Positions 9,461-22,843 are shown, counted from the stretch's first letter. The stretch is 64,000 nt of DNA from Solirubrobacterales bacterium (GCA_036258315.1 DATADX010000029.1:32769-96768), one strand, 5' to 3'. Translations and numbers: made by a program. The notes: generated by a model from the letters alone, not told the origin.

Positions 9461-9880
9461 CTATGACTCGAGCATCAGGGTGACCGGCCCGTCGTTGATC
9501 AGGGCAACCCCCATGCAGGCGCCGAACACGCCCCGCTTCGCCCCGAGCCGCTCGCAGAAGCGCTCGTAGAGCGGTTCGGCGATCTCGGCGGGAGCGGCGT
9601 CGACGTAGCTCGGCCGGTTGCCCCTGCGGGTGTCGCCGTAGAGCGTGAACTGGCTCACGCACAGGACCTCGCGCTCGTCTCCGAGCGGCTCGTTCATCCG
9701 GCCCTCGGCGTCGTCGAAGATCCGCAGCGCCCGCACCTTGTTCGCGAGGCGGTCGGCCTCGTCCGGGCCATCCTCGCGGCTCACGCCGAGCAGCACCAGC
9801 AGCCCGGGGCCGATCTGGGCGACGCGGTCACCCTCGACGTCGACGGCGGCCTGGCTGACCCGCTGGACGAGGGCCCTCAT
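9461..9880 (-). CDS. dtd: D-aminoacyl-tRNA deacylase
   Basis: 139 aa. MRALVQRV...GLLVLLGV...[17 protein letters not shown] matches Dtd. Confidence 0.9.
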   Translation of the reverse strand: MRALVQRVSQAAVDVEGDRVAQIGPGLLVLLGVSREDGPDEADRLANKVRALRIFDDAEGRMNEPLGDEREVLCVSQFTLYGDTRRGNRPSYVDAAPAEIAEPLYERFCERLGAKRGVFGACMGVALINDGPVTLMLES

Positions 9881-9894
9881 CGCCTCAGCGAGGG

Positions 9895-10272
9895 CTACGC
9901 CAAGCGCTCGCGGTAGATCCGGTAGTCGCGGCGGTCGGGGCGCAGGTTCGAGGCCAGCGCAAGGTGGTGGCGGGCGCGCCTCGTCTGACCCGTCTTGCTG
10001 AGCGCGCGGCCGAGGCAGAAGTGCGCGTAGTCGTTGACCGGATGGGTCTCGACGACCGCCTCGAACTCCTGGGCCGCCCCCTCGTAGTCATGGGTGCGGA
10101 AGTAGACGCGGCCGAGGGCCTCGCGGACCGAGCTCTTCTCGGGGGCCTGGCGAGCGGCCTCCTCGAGCGGCGCCTTCGCGTGCTCGAAGTCGCCGTCCTC
10201 GAGCAGCTCGATGCCCCTCCTGTAGAGGCTGTAGAGCGACTCATCGCGGTTCGGGCCCTCGCTTTCGCTCAC
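9895..10272 (-). CDS. TPR-repeat protein
   Basis: 125 aa with two to three 34-residue helical repeats ([49 protein letters not shown]). Confidence 0.65.
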   Translation of the reverse strand: MSESEGPNRDESLYSLYRRGIELLEDGDFEHAKAPLEEAARQAPEKSSVREALGRVYFRTHDYEGAAQEFEAVVETHPVNDYAHFCLGRALSKTGQTRRARHHLALASNLRPDRRDYRIYRERLA

Positions 10273-10303
10273 GGGACCCCAGTGTACGAGGGTCGTAGAG
10301 GAG

Positions 10304-11599
10304 CTAGTCCGAGGCGCGATCGGGTGCGGAGCGACCGCGCAGGACCTCGACGCGGTCGAGGATCGCGTCGGCGACCTGCTCCTTGGCCGCGAGCGGGACC
10401 GCGTGCTCGCCCTCGCGCTCTACGATCACGACCTCGTTCTCGCGCGACTCGAACCCGATCTCAGCGCGGGAGACGTCGTTGAGGACGATCGCGTCGGCGC
10501 CCTTTCGGGCGAGCTTCTCGCGGGCCCGATCGAGGCCTGCCAGCCCCGCACGCGAAGCGGAGGAGGTGGCCCCTGTGTCGGGGGTCTCGGCGGCGAATCC
10601 GACGATCGTCTGGCCCTCGCGCCGGCGCGCGGCGAGCGCCGCGAGGATGTCGTCGGTCGCCTCGAGATCGAGCTCGATCATGCCCGAGCTCTCCCGGGAG
10701 AGCTTCGAGTCAGCCGCGACGGCGGGCCGGAAGTCCGCGGGCGCGGCAGCCATCAGGAGCACGTCGGCGTGGTCGAACTCCGCTTCGAGCGCGGCCCTGA
10801 GCTGGTCGGCGGTCTCGACGTTCACGCGGCGCACCTCGGGGGGCGCCGGCAGCACCACGTTGGCGGCGACGAGCGTCACCTCGGCGCCGCGCCGGGCGGC
10901 GCGTTCGGCGAGAGCCAGGCCCATCCGGCCGCTGGAGCGGTTCCCGATGAAGCGAACCGGATCGATCGGCTCGCGGGTTCCGCCGGCGGAGACCAGGACG
11001 CGGAGCCCGTCCCAGGGGCCGGTCGGGCCGGGGACGAGCGACTCGACCGCATCGAGCAGGCGGCGCGGCTCGGGCAGGCGACCGACGCCGTGCTCGCCGC
11101 GCGAGGCGAGGGCGCCCTCCTCCGGCTCGATCACGGCGATGCCGCGCTCGCGCAGGGTCGCGAGGTTGGCCTGGGTGGCCGGATCGCGGTACATGCGGTC
11201 GTTCATCGCCGGGGCGACCAGCCGCGGCGCCGCGCAGGCGAGGAAGGAGGTGGTCACCATCGAGTCCGCGATCCCGGCCGCCAGCTTCGCGATCGTGTTG
11301 GCCGACGCGGGGGCGATCAGGTAGGCGTCCGCGTTCGCGACGACCTCGAGGTGGCCGATCGGATCGTGGGCCGGCTCGGGGTCGCCGGGGAACGCTCCGC
11401 GGGCGGGATCGCGCTCGAACTCGTCGCTCAGCACCGGCGCCCCGACGATGCCTTCGAACGAGGCCGCGCCGACGAAGCGCGTCGCGGCGGGGGTCAGCAG
11501 CACGCGCACGGCGTTCCCTTCGCGGGTCGCAAGGCGCGCCAACTCGACCGCCTTGTAGGCCGCGATGCCTCCAGTCACTCCGAGCAGGATCCGGGCCAT
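10304..11599 (-). CDS. coaBC: Bifunctional phosphopantothenoylcysteine decarboxylase / phosphopantothenate-cysteine ligase
   Basis: MARILLGVTGGIAAYKAVEL flavoprotein N-terminus and a CoaB half (GTREPIDPVRFIGNRSSGRMG). The start is moved to the internal ATG at 11599 to avoid overlap with rpoZ. Confidence 0.92.
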   Translation of the reverse strand: MARILLGVTGGIAAYKAVELARLATREGNAVRVLLTPAATRFVGAASFEGIVGAPVLSDEFERDPARGAFPGDPEPAHDPIGHLEVVANADAYLIAPASANTIAKLAAGIADSMVTTSFLACAAPRLVAPAMNDRMYRDPATQANLATLRERGIAVIEPEEGALASRGEHGVGRLPEPRRLLDAVESLVPGPTGPWDGLRVLVSAGGTREPIDPVRFIGNRSSGRMGLALAERAARRGAEVTLVAANVVLPAPPEVRRVNVETADQLRAALEAEFDHADVLLMAAAPADFRPAVAADSKLSRESSGMIELDLEATDDILAALAARRREGQTIVGFAAETPDTGATSSASRAGLAGLDRAREKLARKGADAIVLNDVSRAEIGFESRENEVVIVEREGEHAVPLAAKEQVADAILDRVEVLRGRSAPDRASD

Positions 11600-11615
11600 C
11601 CGGCCCCTCCTTCGA

Positions 11616-11846
11616 CTAGGCCTTGTACTCGAACTTGAGCTTGCCGGCGACGACTTCCTCGAGCGCGATCGTGAGGTAGTTGCCGCTGGGAACATCGACC
11701 ATCGGCGGCGTGTACTCACCGTACGCGCCCTCGGAGAGCGAGTGATAGTAGGCGTTGACCTGACGGGCGCGCTTGGCGGCGATCACGACCGCCGCGTAGT
11801 GCGAATGCGTCTGATCGAGGAGCTTGTCGACTCGGGGCTTGATCAT
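11616..11846 (-). CDS. rpoZ: DNA-directed RNA polymerase subunit omega
   Basis: 76 aa. YAAVVIAAKRARQV motif. gmk-rpoZ synteny. Confidence 0.85.
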   Translation of the reverse strand: MIKPRVDKLLDQTHSHYAAVVIAAKRARQVNAYYHSLSEGAYGEYTPPMVDVPSGNYLTIALEEVVAGKLKFEYKA

Positions 11847-11858
11847 CGGGGGAGCATT

Positions 11859-12422
11859 CTAGGGGAGCGCGCTGCGGACCAGTTGGGCGAGCTTGCCGGC
11901 GGCTTCCTGCACGTCATCGTTCACGACCACGTGCGGGAACTCCGATTGCGAGGCGAGCTCCGATTCCGCGGTCGCGAGGCGGCGCTCGATCGCCTCGGGC
12001 GAGTCGGTCCCGCGGCCGAGCAGCCGCTCGCGCAGCGCCGCCGGGTCCGGCGGCGCGATGAAGATCTGGATCGCCTCCGGCATCGCCTCGCGGACCTGCC
12101 TCGCGCCCTGGACCTCGATCTCGAGGACGACGGAGCGGCCGCGGTCGAGGCGCCGCTCGACCTCGTCGCGAAGCGTCCCGTAGCGGTGCTCGGAATAGTC
12201 CGCGTGCTCGAGAAAATCGCCCGCCGCGATCCTGCGCGCGAACTCCTCACCGCTCAGGAAGTGGTACTCGCGCCCGTCCCTCTCCCCCGGCCGCGGCTCC
12301 CGCGTCGTCGCCGACACCGACAGCTCCAGGTCTGACACCTCCTCCTGCAGCTTCTTGATCAGCGTCCCCTTGCCGACGCCGGAGGGACCGGTGATCACGA
12401 ACACCTTGCCGCGGTCCGCCAT
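11859..12422 (-). CDS. gmk: Guanylate kinase
   Basis: P-loop GPSGVGKGT and motifs TTREPRPGERDGREYHF. Confidence 0.92.
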   Translation of the reverse strand: MADRGKVFVITGPSGVGKGTLIKKLQEEVSDLELSVSATTREPRPGERDGREYHFLSGEEFARRIAAGDFLEHADYSEHRYGTLRDEVERRLDRGRSVVLEIEVQGARQVREAMPEAIQIFIAPPDPAALRERLLGRGTDSPEAIERRLATAESELASQSEFPHVVVNDDVQEAAGKLAQLVRSALP

Positions 12423-12478
12423 GGGTGGGACAACCCTATTGGCAGGGCCCGAGCGAAAAGCGCGCGCGGCGTCGAGGG

Positions 12479-12811
12479 TTACCTACGAAGCTGAGCTACA
12501 AGCTCGGCGCGTTGCCGCTCGGAGAGACCGCCGATCGTCTTGGAGGGCGAGATGCGGCACTGGTTGAGGATGCGGTTGGTCTTCACACGCCCGTACTTGG
12601 GCACGGCGAGCAGCATGTCCAGCACCTTCGCGGTCTGGACGTACTCGGGTGGGTCCAGCAGCAACGTCTGAATCCTGACCTTCCCGCCCTTCAGGTCGCG
12701 CTTCAGCCGGGCCCGCCGAGACCGGATGTTGTTCGCCCTCTTCAGGGCTTCCATCCTCTGGTCCAGTGATCTCTCCGGTGCGGCTTTGGAGGTCTGGACC
12801 GGGGCCTTCAC
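12479..12811 (-). CDS. mihF: Actinobacterial-type integration host factor
   Basis: 110 aa. Sits upstream of gmk as in actinobacteria. C-terminal GGLSERQRAEL helix-hairpin-helix-like segment. Confidence 0.78.
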   Translation of the reverse strand: MKAPVQTSKAAPERSLDQRMEALKRANNIRSRRARLKRDLKGGKVRIQTLLLDPPEYVQTAKVLDMLLAVPKYGRVKTNRILNQCRISPSKTIGGLSERQRAELVAQLRR

Positions 12812-12866
12812 GGGGCGGCAGTATATCCGCGCCTCAACAACTCCGAAACAGTATCTCGTGCTTTCC

Positions 12867-12893
12867 GAGAAAAACTTCCTTTCTAAGCGGAAG
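12867..12893 (-). terminator. Weak hairpin plus T-tract at the pyrD stop
   Basis: The minus strand reads CTTCC-GCTTAGAAA-GGAAG followed by TTTTTCTC and overlaps the pyrD stop codon. The stem is short, so this is tentative. Confidence 0.3.
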
Positions 12894-13752
12894 CAGCCTC
12901 CAGCCCACCCGCCAGCTCGGCGGCGATTCGCGCTGCCACCATCGGGTCACGGAAGTTCTCCGTCCCGACCGCGACCACCCGCGCCCCCGCCCAGAGGAGC
13001 TCGGCCGCGTCCCGCCCCGTCGAAACGCCGCCCATTCCCACGATCGGAACCGAGACCGCGGAGGCGACCTCACGGACCTGGTGCAGGGCGATCGCCCGCA
13101 CCGCCGGGCCCGACAGCCCGCCGCTCCCGCCCCCGAGCCACGACTCGCCGGTGCCCGGATCGGTCGCGGAAGCCCGCAGGGTGTTGATCAGCGAGACGGC
13201 GTCGGCGCCGCCCCGCTCGGCGGCCTGCGCGACCGGGGCGGGGTCGGCGTTCGGCGTCAGCTTCACGATCAGGGGCTTCGCCGTCAGCGGCCGCAACCGG
13301 CCCAGCAGCCCCTCGGTCTCCTCGGGAGACTCCCCGACGACCAGCCCCGACTTCACGTTCGGGCAGGAGACGTTGAGCTCGAGCGCCGCGACCTCGTTCC
13401 GCTCGCCGACGCGCTCGACGAGGCGCCCGAACTCGTCCTGGCTCGTCGCCATCACCGACACGATCAGCGGCACCGGCAGCTCGGCGAGCTGGGGCAGGTC
13501 GGCCGCCAGGAACCCCTCGAGCCCCTTGTTGGGAAGCCCGATCGAGTTGATCAGCCCAGCGGGCGTCTCCCAGAGGCGAGGTGGCGGATTGCCGGCGCGC
13601 GGCTCGGGGGTGATGGTCTTCGAGACGAACGCCGAGAACGGGAACCGGTCGAGCAGCTCGTCCCCGAAGGCCCGCCGCGCCGCGACCGCGTCGAAGGTCC
13701 CGGAGCCGTTGATGACCGGATGCTCCAGTTCGATCCCGCAAAGGTCGATCAC
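12883..13752 (-). CDS. pyrD: Dihydroorotate dehydrogenase B, catalytic subunit
   Basis: GIELEHPVINGSGTF, NSIGLPN, ELNVSCPN and GMGGV motifs. GTG start at 13752 forms a GTGA overlap with the pyrK stop. The upstream part of the track ORF was discarded. Confidence 0.9.
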   Translation of the reverse strand: MIDLCGIELEHPVINGSGTFDAVAARRAFGDELLDRFPFSAFVSKTITPEPRAGNPPPRLWETPAGLINSIGLPNKGLEGFLAADLPQLAELPVPLIVSVMATSQDEFGRLVERVGERNEVAALELNVSCPNVKSGLVVGESPEETEGLLGRLRPLTAKPLIVKLTPNADPAPVAQAAERGGADAVSLINTLRASATDPGTGESWLGGGSGGLSGPAVRAIALHQVREVASAVSVPIVGMGGVSTGRDAAELLWAGARVVAVGTENFRDPMVAARIAAELAGGLEAASA

Positions 13753-14620
13753 AGCGCCTCGATCTCCTCGCCGCGCACGACCGGGCCGTCGACGCAGAGC
13801 CGCATGTAGCCGCCCCCCGCGCGCGGCACCGCGCAGCCGAAGCAGGCCCCGTAACCGCATGCCATCGGGGCCTCCATCGCGAGCTCGCAGGTGACGCCGC
13901 GCTCGGCGCACAGGCGCCGGACGGCCTCGAGCATCGCCGGCGGGCCGCAGGCGTAGACGGGGGCACTGGCGGCGTCGTCGCCCTCGAGCAGGACGGCGAG
14001 CAAATCGGTCACGTAGCCCCGATGCCCCTGGTGGCCGTCCTCGGTCGCGATCCGAACCTCCGAGCAGCGGAACAGATCGAGGCCGCCGGACCGGCCTCGG
14101 TCGCGATACCCGAGCAGGACCCGGGTCGGAACCCCGGCCGCGGCCAGGCGCCGCCGCCACAGCGCCAGCGGCGCGACCCCGATCCCGCCGCCGACCAGGA
14201 TCCCCCCCGCGGCTCCGGAAACCAGCTCGCCGGGGGCCGAGAAGGGCCGGCCGAGCGGGCCCGTCGCCCAGAGCCCCTCCCCCGCCTCGAGCGCGCAGAG
14301 CCGCGCGGTGCCCGGCCCGACGCCGTGGACAAGGAAGTCGAGCCGCACGCCGTCGGGCCCGCGGTCGCAGTCCGCGACCGAGAAGGCGCGCGCAAGGTAG
14401 GGGCGCCCGTCCGCCCCGCCCCAGCCGGACTCGGTGGCGAGCATGTAGAACTGCCCCGCCGCCGGCTCGGGCCCGCTTTCATCGCTGACCGAGAAGATCC
14501 GGTAGCCGCCGGACTCGACGTTCCCGGTCACCCTGCAGAGCCGGCGCCCGAACGGTGCCTTGGGCCTCGACTCGGGAGCACCACCCGATACCCCCGGACG
14601 CGGAGGCGAACTCCGCTCCA

Positions 14621-14621
<1 letters not shown>
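13749..14621 (-). CDS. pyrK: Dihydroorotate dehydrogenase electron-transfer subunit
   Basis: This is the last 290 codons of the 1417-aa track ORF. C-terminal 2Fe-2S cluster motif CGYGACFGCAV...C. ATG at 14621 overlaps the carB TGA. Confidence 0.85.
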
Positions 14622-17799
<3,178 letters not shown>

Positions 17800-17800
<1 letters not shown>

Positions 17801-18228
17801 CAGATCGCCACCTCCTCGCCCTTTGTGATCGCGTCCGCGACGCGCTGGGCGGCCTCGATGTCGAAAGAGCCCCACGCCCAGGCGACGCGACCGCCACGCA
17901 GGCGGGAAATCGCCAGAAGGGGGGAATCGATCGCCGCGCCGCTGTTTGCTCCCTTTCCGTGGATCCAGACCGAGCTGCGAACCACGTCAGGAGCGAGCTC
18001 AACGGCCTCCTCGAGATCAGCGCTGATCTCGTCGAACGCGGCGAGGAGATCGGTGACGTGCTCCTCGAACTGCCTGCGACCGATCACCCGCCCACCCGCC
18101 ACCTCCGTGACAGGCGAGTGCCACTCGAGGTCCTCGGTGAAGAAGTCGTCGTAGCGCGAGACGAGCTCGCGGAGGTCTCGGTCGTTCCACAGGCGCCAGA
18201 ACTCACGCGTCAGCTCGACGTTGGTCAT
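17800..18228 (-). CDS. SnoaL/NTF2-like small protein inserted between carA and carB
   Basis: 142 aa. N-terminus [33 protein letters not shown] is typical of NTF2-like (SnoaL) folds. It overlaps the carA stop and the carB start. Confidence 0.6.
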
Positions 18229-19343
18229 CGCGCGACCTCCGCCAACTCCAGGAAGCGATCGAACAGGTAACGCGCGTCGTGCGGGCCTGGCCCGGCCTCG
18301 GGGTGGTACTGGACGGTGCAGCCGGGGACCTCCTTGAGGGCGAGGCCCTCGACCGTGCGGTCGTAGAGATTGAGATGCGAGAGCTCGGCCTCGCCGAAGT
18401 CGGTCCGCCAGCGAACCGGCTCGTCGCCCTCGATCGTGCCCTCCCCCCCGGGCCCGGAGACGGCGAAGCCGTGGTTCTGCGAGGTGATGTCGATCCGGCC
18501 CGTCTCCAGGTCCTTGACCGGGTGGTTGGCGCCCCGGTGGCCGAACGAGAGCTTGAAGGTCTCGAGCCCGACGGCGCGGCAGAGCAGCTGGTGGCCGAGG
18601 CAGATCCCGACGACGGGCACCTTGCCGACGACGCCGCGCACGTTCTCGACGACGTAGTCGAGGGCGCCGGGATCGCCGGGGCCGTTCGCGAGGAAGACGA
18701 GATCGGGACTGCGGCCGAGCAGCTGCGCTGCGGAGCTATCGCACGGCAGCAGCGTCACCCGGCAGCCGCGCTCCCGAAGCTGCCGGATGATCGATAGCTT
18801 GATCCCGGTGTCGATCGCGACCACGTGAGGGCCGTCACCTTCGAGCTCGATCGGGTCGCGGGGGCCCACCTCCCTGGCGAGGTCGGCGCCCGCCATCGAG
18901 GGCTCGGCGGCGACGATCTCACGGGCCTCGGACTCGACCAGCTCGACGGGGAAGATGCCCCCTCGCATCGCGCCACGGTCGCGGATGTGGCGGACGAGCG
19001 TCCTCGTGTCGACTCCCGTGATCGCGGGCACGCCGCAGTCGGCGAGCCAGTCGAGCCAGCCGCCCTCGGCCGTGGCCGCGTCCTCGCTGTTCTTCGCCTC
19101 GCGCATCACGACGCCCCGGGCCTGGACGCGGTCGGACTCCATCGCGTCGGCCGAGACGCCGTAGTTGCCGATCAGCGGGTAGGTGAAGGTGATTATCTGG
19201 CCCGCGTAGGAAGGATCCGTGACCGCCTCCTGATAACCGGTCATCGCGGTGTTGAAGACGACCTCGCCGGTCACCTGCCCGGGATCGCCGCAGAGCTCGC
19301 CGTCGAGCCGCATCCCGTCCTCCAGCAGGACGTAGCCGTTCAT
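18225..19343 (-). CDS. carA: Carbamoyl-phosphate synthase small (glutaminase) subunit
   Basis: 372 aa. GICLGHQLL catalytic Cys motif and HRGANHPV. Confidence 0.95.
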   Translation of the reverse strand: MNGYVLLEDGMRLDGELCGDPGQVTGEVVFNTAMTGYQEAVTDPSYAGQIITFTYPLIGNYGVSADAMESDRVQARGVVMREAKNSEDAATAEGGWLDWLADCGVPAITGVDTRTLVRHIRDRGAMRGGIFPVELVESEAREIVAAEPSMAGADLAREVGPRDPIELEGDGPHVVAIDTGIKLSIIRQLRERGCRVTLLPCDSSAAQLLGRSPDLVFLANGPGDPGALDYVVENVRGVVGKVPVVGICLGHQLLCRAVGLETFKLSFGHRGANHPVKDLETGRIDITSQNHGFAVSGPGGEGTIEGDEPVRWRTDFGEAELSHLNLYDRTVEGLALKEVPGCTVQYHPEAGPGPHDARYLFDRFLELAEVAR

Positions 19344-19927
19344 GCCGGGGTCCTCCTCGCCTCGGCGCCCGGGTTCGGCGCGTACTCGAGGATCAGCTTC
19401 TGGATCGCCTTGAACTCGTCGCTGCCGGCGCGGCCGACGAGCTCGAACAGCGCCGTCTCGACGCTGGTGACGACGGCGCCGGCCTGCTCCATCTTGTGGA
19501 GGCCGACACGCCGCGAGTCCGGGAAGCGGGAGCCGACCGCGTCCTCGGCGACGTGCACCTCGGCGCCGTCCGCGAGCAGGTCGAGGACCGTCTGGTTGAC
19601 GCAGACGTGGGTCTCGATGCCGCAGACGAGCGCCTGGTCGCGGCCGCCGAGGTCGAAGCCGTCGGCCTCGGCCGCGGAGAAGACGACCTTCTCGATCGGG
19701 TCGAAGTCCTCGGGCAGCAGCTCGGCGATCTCGGGGACGGTCCCGCCGAGGCCCTGCGGATACTGCTCCGTGACGACGATCGGAAGGTCAAGCGCCTGCG
19801 CGCCACCGACCAGTGTCGCCGCCGCCCGCGTGACCCGCTCGAAGTCGGGGAGCGCCTTGCGAAAGGCGTCCTGGACGTCGACCACGACCAGCGCGGCGCG
19901 CCCGGCCTCCAGCTTGCCGGCGCTCAT
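19340..19927 (-). CDS. Isochorismatase-family (cysteine) hydrolase inserted between pyrC and carA
   Basis: 195 aa from MSAGKLEAGRAALVVVDVQDAF. Candidate Asp/Lys/Cys triad (VDVQ, EKVVF, VCGIETHVCV). ATGA overlaps on both sides. Confidence 0.78.
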   Translation of the reverse strand: MSAGKLEAGRAALVVVDVQDAFRKALPDFERVTRAAATLVGGAQALDLPIVVTEQYPQGLGGTVPEIAELLPEDFDPIEKVVFSAAEADGFDLGGRDQALVCGIETHVCVNQTVLDLLADGAEVHVAEDAVGSRFPDSRRVGLHKMEQAGAVVTSVETALFELVGRAGSDEFKAIQKLILEYAPNPGAEARRTPA

Positions 19928-21309
19928 CCCGCGACCCCCATCGCAAAGCTGCGCTGCCTGAAGGCGACCCGCCCGTCCGCGACCGTCATCAGCACCCGGC
20001 CGGTCAGCCGGCGGCCGGCGAAGCAGCTGTTCCCGGAGCGGGACTCGTAGCCCTCCTCGCCGACCACCCACTCGAGAGACGGATCGACCAGCGCGAGGTT
20101 CGCCCGCGCCCCCGCCTCGATTCGCGGGGCGTCGATCCCGAACGGCTCGCCGCCACACGTAAGCTTCTCGACCAGCAGATCGAGCGCGATCGTGCCCGGG
20201 AGGACGAGCTCGGTGTGGAGCACCCCGAACGCCGTCTCGAGACCGGTCACCCCCATCGCGGCCTGCTCGAAGGGAACCTCCTTCTCCTCGATCGCGTGGG
20301 GGGCGTGGTCGGTGGCGATGCAGTCGATCGTTCCGTCCCGGAGGGCATCGACGAGCGCCTGGCGGTCGTCCTCGGAACGCAGCGGCGGGTTCATCTTGAA
20401 CCGGGCGTCAAGGCTGCGGACCGCCTCGTCGGTGAGCGTCAGGTGGTGCGGGGTCGCCTCGCAGGTGACCCGGCCGCCGGCCGCCTTGGCGGCGGCGATC
20501 GCGTCCACCGAGGCGCGCGCCGACAGGTGCTGGACGTGGACCCGTGCCCCCTCATAAAGGGCGAGGGCGCAGTCGCGCGCGATCGTCGTCGACTCCGAGA
20601 CTGCCGGGATCTCGGCCATGCCGAGCATCGCCGAGACCTCGCCCTCGTGCATCACCCCGTCGCCCGACAGGTCGGGGTCCTCCTCGTGGAGGGCGATGAC
20701 CCCGCCGGCAAGCCGCTGGTACTGGAGCGCGCGGCGCAGCACGCGGGCGCTCCGGATCGGCAGCCCGTCGTCGGAGAACCCGATCGCACCGGCGTCTCGG
20801 AGCTCGGCCATCTCGGTGAGCTCCTCGCCGGCCATCCCGCGGGTGACGGTGCCGACAAACCCGACCGGAACCGAGGCCTCGCTGGCCGCCCGCTCCCGGA
20901 CCGAGCCCAGCACCGCCGCCGAGTCGATCGGAGGCGAGGTGTTCGCCATCGCGATCACGGCGCAGTAGCCGCCCGCGGCGGCCGCGCGCGTGCCCGTCTC
21001 GAGGTCCTCCTTGTGCTCCTGACCGGGGACGCGCATGTGGACGTGGGGGTCGACGAAGGCCGGGAGCGCCAGGAGGCCCTCGCCGTCGACGATCTCGGCG
21101 CCGTCGACCTCGGGGGCGCCGTCGACCTCGGGGGCGCCGCCGGGCTCGGCCAGCTCGGCGATCTCACCATCGCGCACGACCAGGTCGCGGGTCGCGTCCA
21201 GTCCCGTCCGGGGGTCGAAGAGCCGGGCGCCCCGCACGATCAGCGCGGCGGGCCTGGCCCCCCGCGAGACCAGCCGGCGCGGCTCGGCGTTCGCAGCGGA
21301 ACCGTTCAT
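19924..21309 (-). CDS. pyrC: Dihydroorotase
   Basis: FVDPHVHMRVPG metal-binding motif and DHAPH. ATG at 21309 overlaps the pyrB stop (ATGA). The upstream part of the track ORF was discarded. Confidence 0.9.
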   Translation of the reverse strand: MNGSAANAEPRRLVSRGARPAALIVRGARLFDPRTGLDATRDLVVRDGEIAELAEPGGAPEVDGAPEVDGAEIVDGEGLLALPAFVDPHVHMRVPGQEHKEDLETGTRAAAAGGYCAVIAMANTSPPIDSAAVLGSVRERAASEASVPVGFVGTVTRGMAGEELTEMAELRDAGAIGFSDDGLPIRSARVLRRALQYQRLAGGVIALHEEDPDLSGDGVMHEGEVSAMLGMAEIPAVSESTTIARDCALALYEGARVHVQHLSARASVDAIAAAKAAGGRVTCEATPHHLTLTDEAVRSLDARFKMNPPLRSEDDRQALVDALRDGTIDCIATDHAPHAIEEKEVPFEQAAMGVTGLETAFGVLHTELVLPGTIALDLLVEKLTCGGEPFGIDAPRIEAGARANLALVDPSLEWVVGEEGYESRSGNSCFAGRRLTGRVLMTVADGRVAFRQRSFAMGVAG

Positions 21310-22268
21310 GCCGGCTGCCCGATCCGGGGCGGCTCGGCGGACGCGGGGCCCCGGTCGGGGCCGCCCCGGTCGCTGCCGGCCATCAGCTCGTAGAGGATCC
21401 CCATCCGGACCACCAGGCCGCTCTCGACCTGGGCGGTGATCAGCGACTGGGGCGAGTCGATCACCTCGGGGGCCAGCTCCACCCCGCGGTTGACCGGCCC
21501 CGGGTGCATCAGCAGCTGGCGGGGGGCGAGCCGTCGCGAGTCGATCTGATAGCGAGCCGCGTACTCGCGCAGCGAGGGGACGAAGCTCTCGCTCATCCGC
21601 TCGCGCTGCATCCGCAGCGCGTAGACGACGTCGGCCTCGCCGAGCCCGTCTAGCTCGTAGGTGACCTCGGCGCCGCTGGAGCGCTGGATGTCGCGGGGGA
21701 TCAGCGTCGGAGGGCCGCACAGCGTCACCTGGGCGCCCATCAACTCGAAGGCCTGCAGGCAGGAGCGCGCGACGCGGCTGTGCAGGACGTCGCCGACGAT
21801 CCAGATCCGCTTCCCGTCGAGCGAACCGAGCCGCTGGCGGAGCGTGAACACGTCGAGCAGCGCCTGGCTCGGATGCTCGTGCTTGCCGTCGCCGGCGTTG
21901 ACCACCGATGCCTCGGTCCAGCGGGCGACGAGGTCGGCGGCCCCGGCGTAGGGCGAGCGGATCACGATGATCGCGGGGTCGTAGGCGGACAGCGTCGCGA
22001 TCGTGTCCTTGAGGCTCTCGCCCTTGTCGACCGATGACCCCTGGGCCTTGATCGAGACCACGTCGGCGGAGAGGCGCTTCGCCGCGAGCTCGAACGAGGA
22101 GCTCGTCCGCGTGCTCGACTCGTAGAAGAGGTTCACGATCGTGCGCCCGCGCAGCGTCGGCACCTTCTTGATGTCGCGCTTGCCGACCTCCGCGAAGCTC
22201 TCGGCGCGGTCGAGGATGCGCTCGATCTCCTCGCGGGAGACCGAGGAGACGCTCAGCAGGTGCTTCAT
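21306..22268 (-). CDS. pyrB: Aspartate carbamoyltransferase catalytic subunit
   Basis: 320 aa. ESSTRT, HPSQ and HPGP motifs. Confidence 0.95.
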   Translation of the reverse strand: MKHLLSVSSVSREEIERILDRAESFAEVGKRDIKKVPTLRGRTIVNLFYESSTRTSSSFELAAKRLSADVVSIKAQGSSVDKGESLKDTIATLSAYDPAIIVIRSPYAGAADLVARWTEASVVNAGDGKHEHPSQALLDVFTLRQRLGSLDGKRIWIVGDVLHSRVARSCLQAFELMGAQVTLCGPPTLIPRDIQRSSGAEVTYELDGLGEADVVYALRMQRERMSESFVPSLREYAARYQIDSRRLAPRQLLMHPGPVNRGVELAPEVIDSPQSLITAQVESGLVVRMGILYELMAGSDRGGPDRGPASAEPPRIGQPA

Positions 22269-22843
22269 CGCTCCTCCTCTCGGCTGGCTGCCGCTCTCTC
22301 CCCCGCCGGTGTGATCGCGACCTCGTCGCGGCCGTCCGTCTCCTCGAGGCGGACGTTGACCCGCTCGCCCGGGGCAGTCGGCAGGTTCTTGCCGACGTAG
22401 TCGGGTCGGATCGGAAGCTCGCGGTGGCCGCGGTCGGCGAGCACGGCGAGCTGGACCCGGTCGGGCCGCCCGTAGTCGAACAGGGCGTCGATCCCGGCGC
22501 GCGCGGTGCGGCCCGTGTAGAGCACGTCGTCGACGAGGATCACGGTGCGGCCCTCGAGCTCGAAGTCGAGATGCGAATCGTGGACGACCGGAGCGGCGAG
22601 GTCACTGCGGTGGCGCCCGACGTCGTCGCGGTAGAAGCTGATGTCGATGTCTCCGAGCGGGACGGCGGTGCCGCTCAGCTCGCCGACCAGCGCATGGAGG
22701 CGCTTCGACAGCACCGCCCCCCTGGTGTGGATTCCGACGAGGGCGATCCCATCGCCGTCATCGTTCTTCTCGACGATCTCGTGCGCGATCCGGACCAGCG
22801 TCCGCCGCAGATCGTCGTGGTCGAGCACGACCCTGTCGCTCAT
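22265..22843 (-). CDS. pyrR: Bifunctional pyr operon regulator / uracil phosphoribosyltransferase PyrR
   Basis: 192 aa. PRTase motif VILVDDVLYTGRT. First gene of the pyr operon. Confidence 0.92.
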   Translation of the reverse strand: MSDRVVLDHDDLRRTLVRIAHEIVEKNDDGDGIALVGIHTRGAVLSKRLHALVGELSGTAVPLGDIDISFYRDDVGRHRSDLAAPVVHDSHLDFELEGRTVILVDDVLYTGRTARAGIDALFDYGRPDRVQLAVLADRGHRELPIRPDYVGKNLPTAPGERVNVRLEETDGRDEVAITPAGERAAASREEER

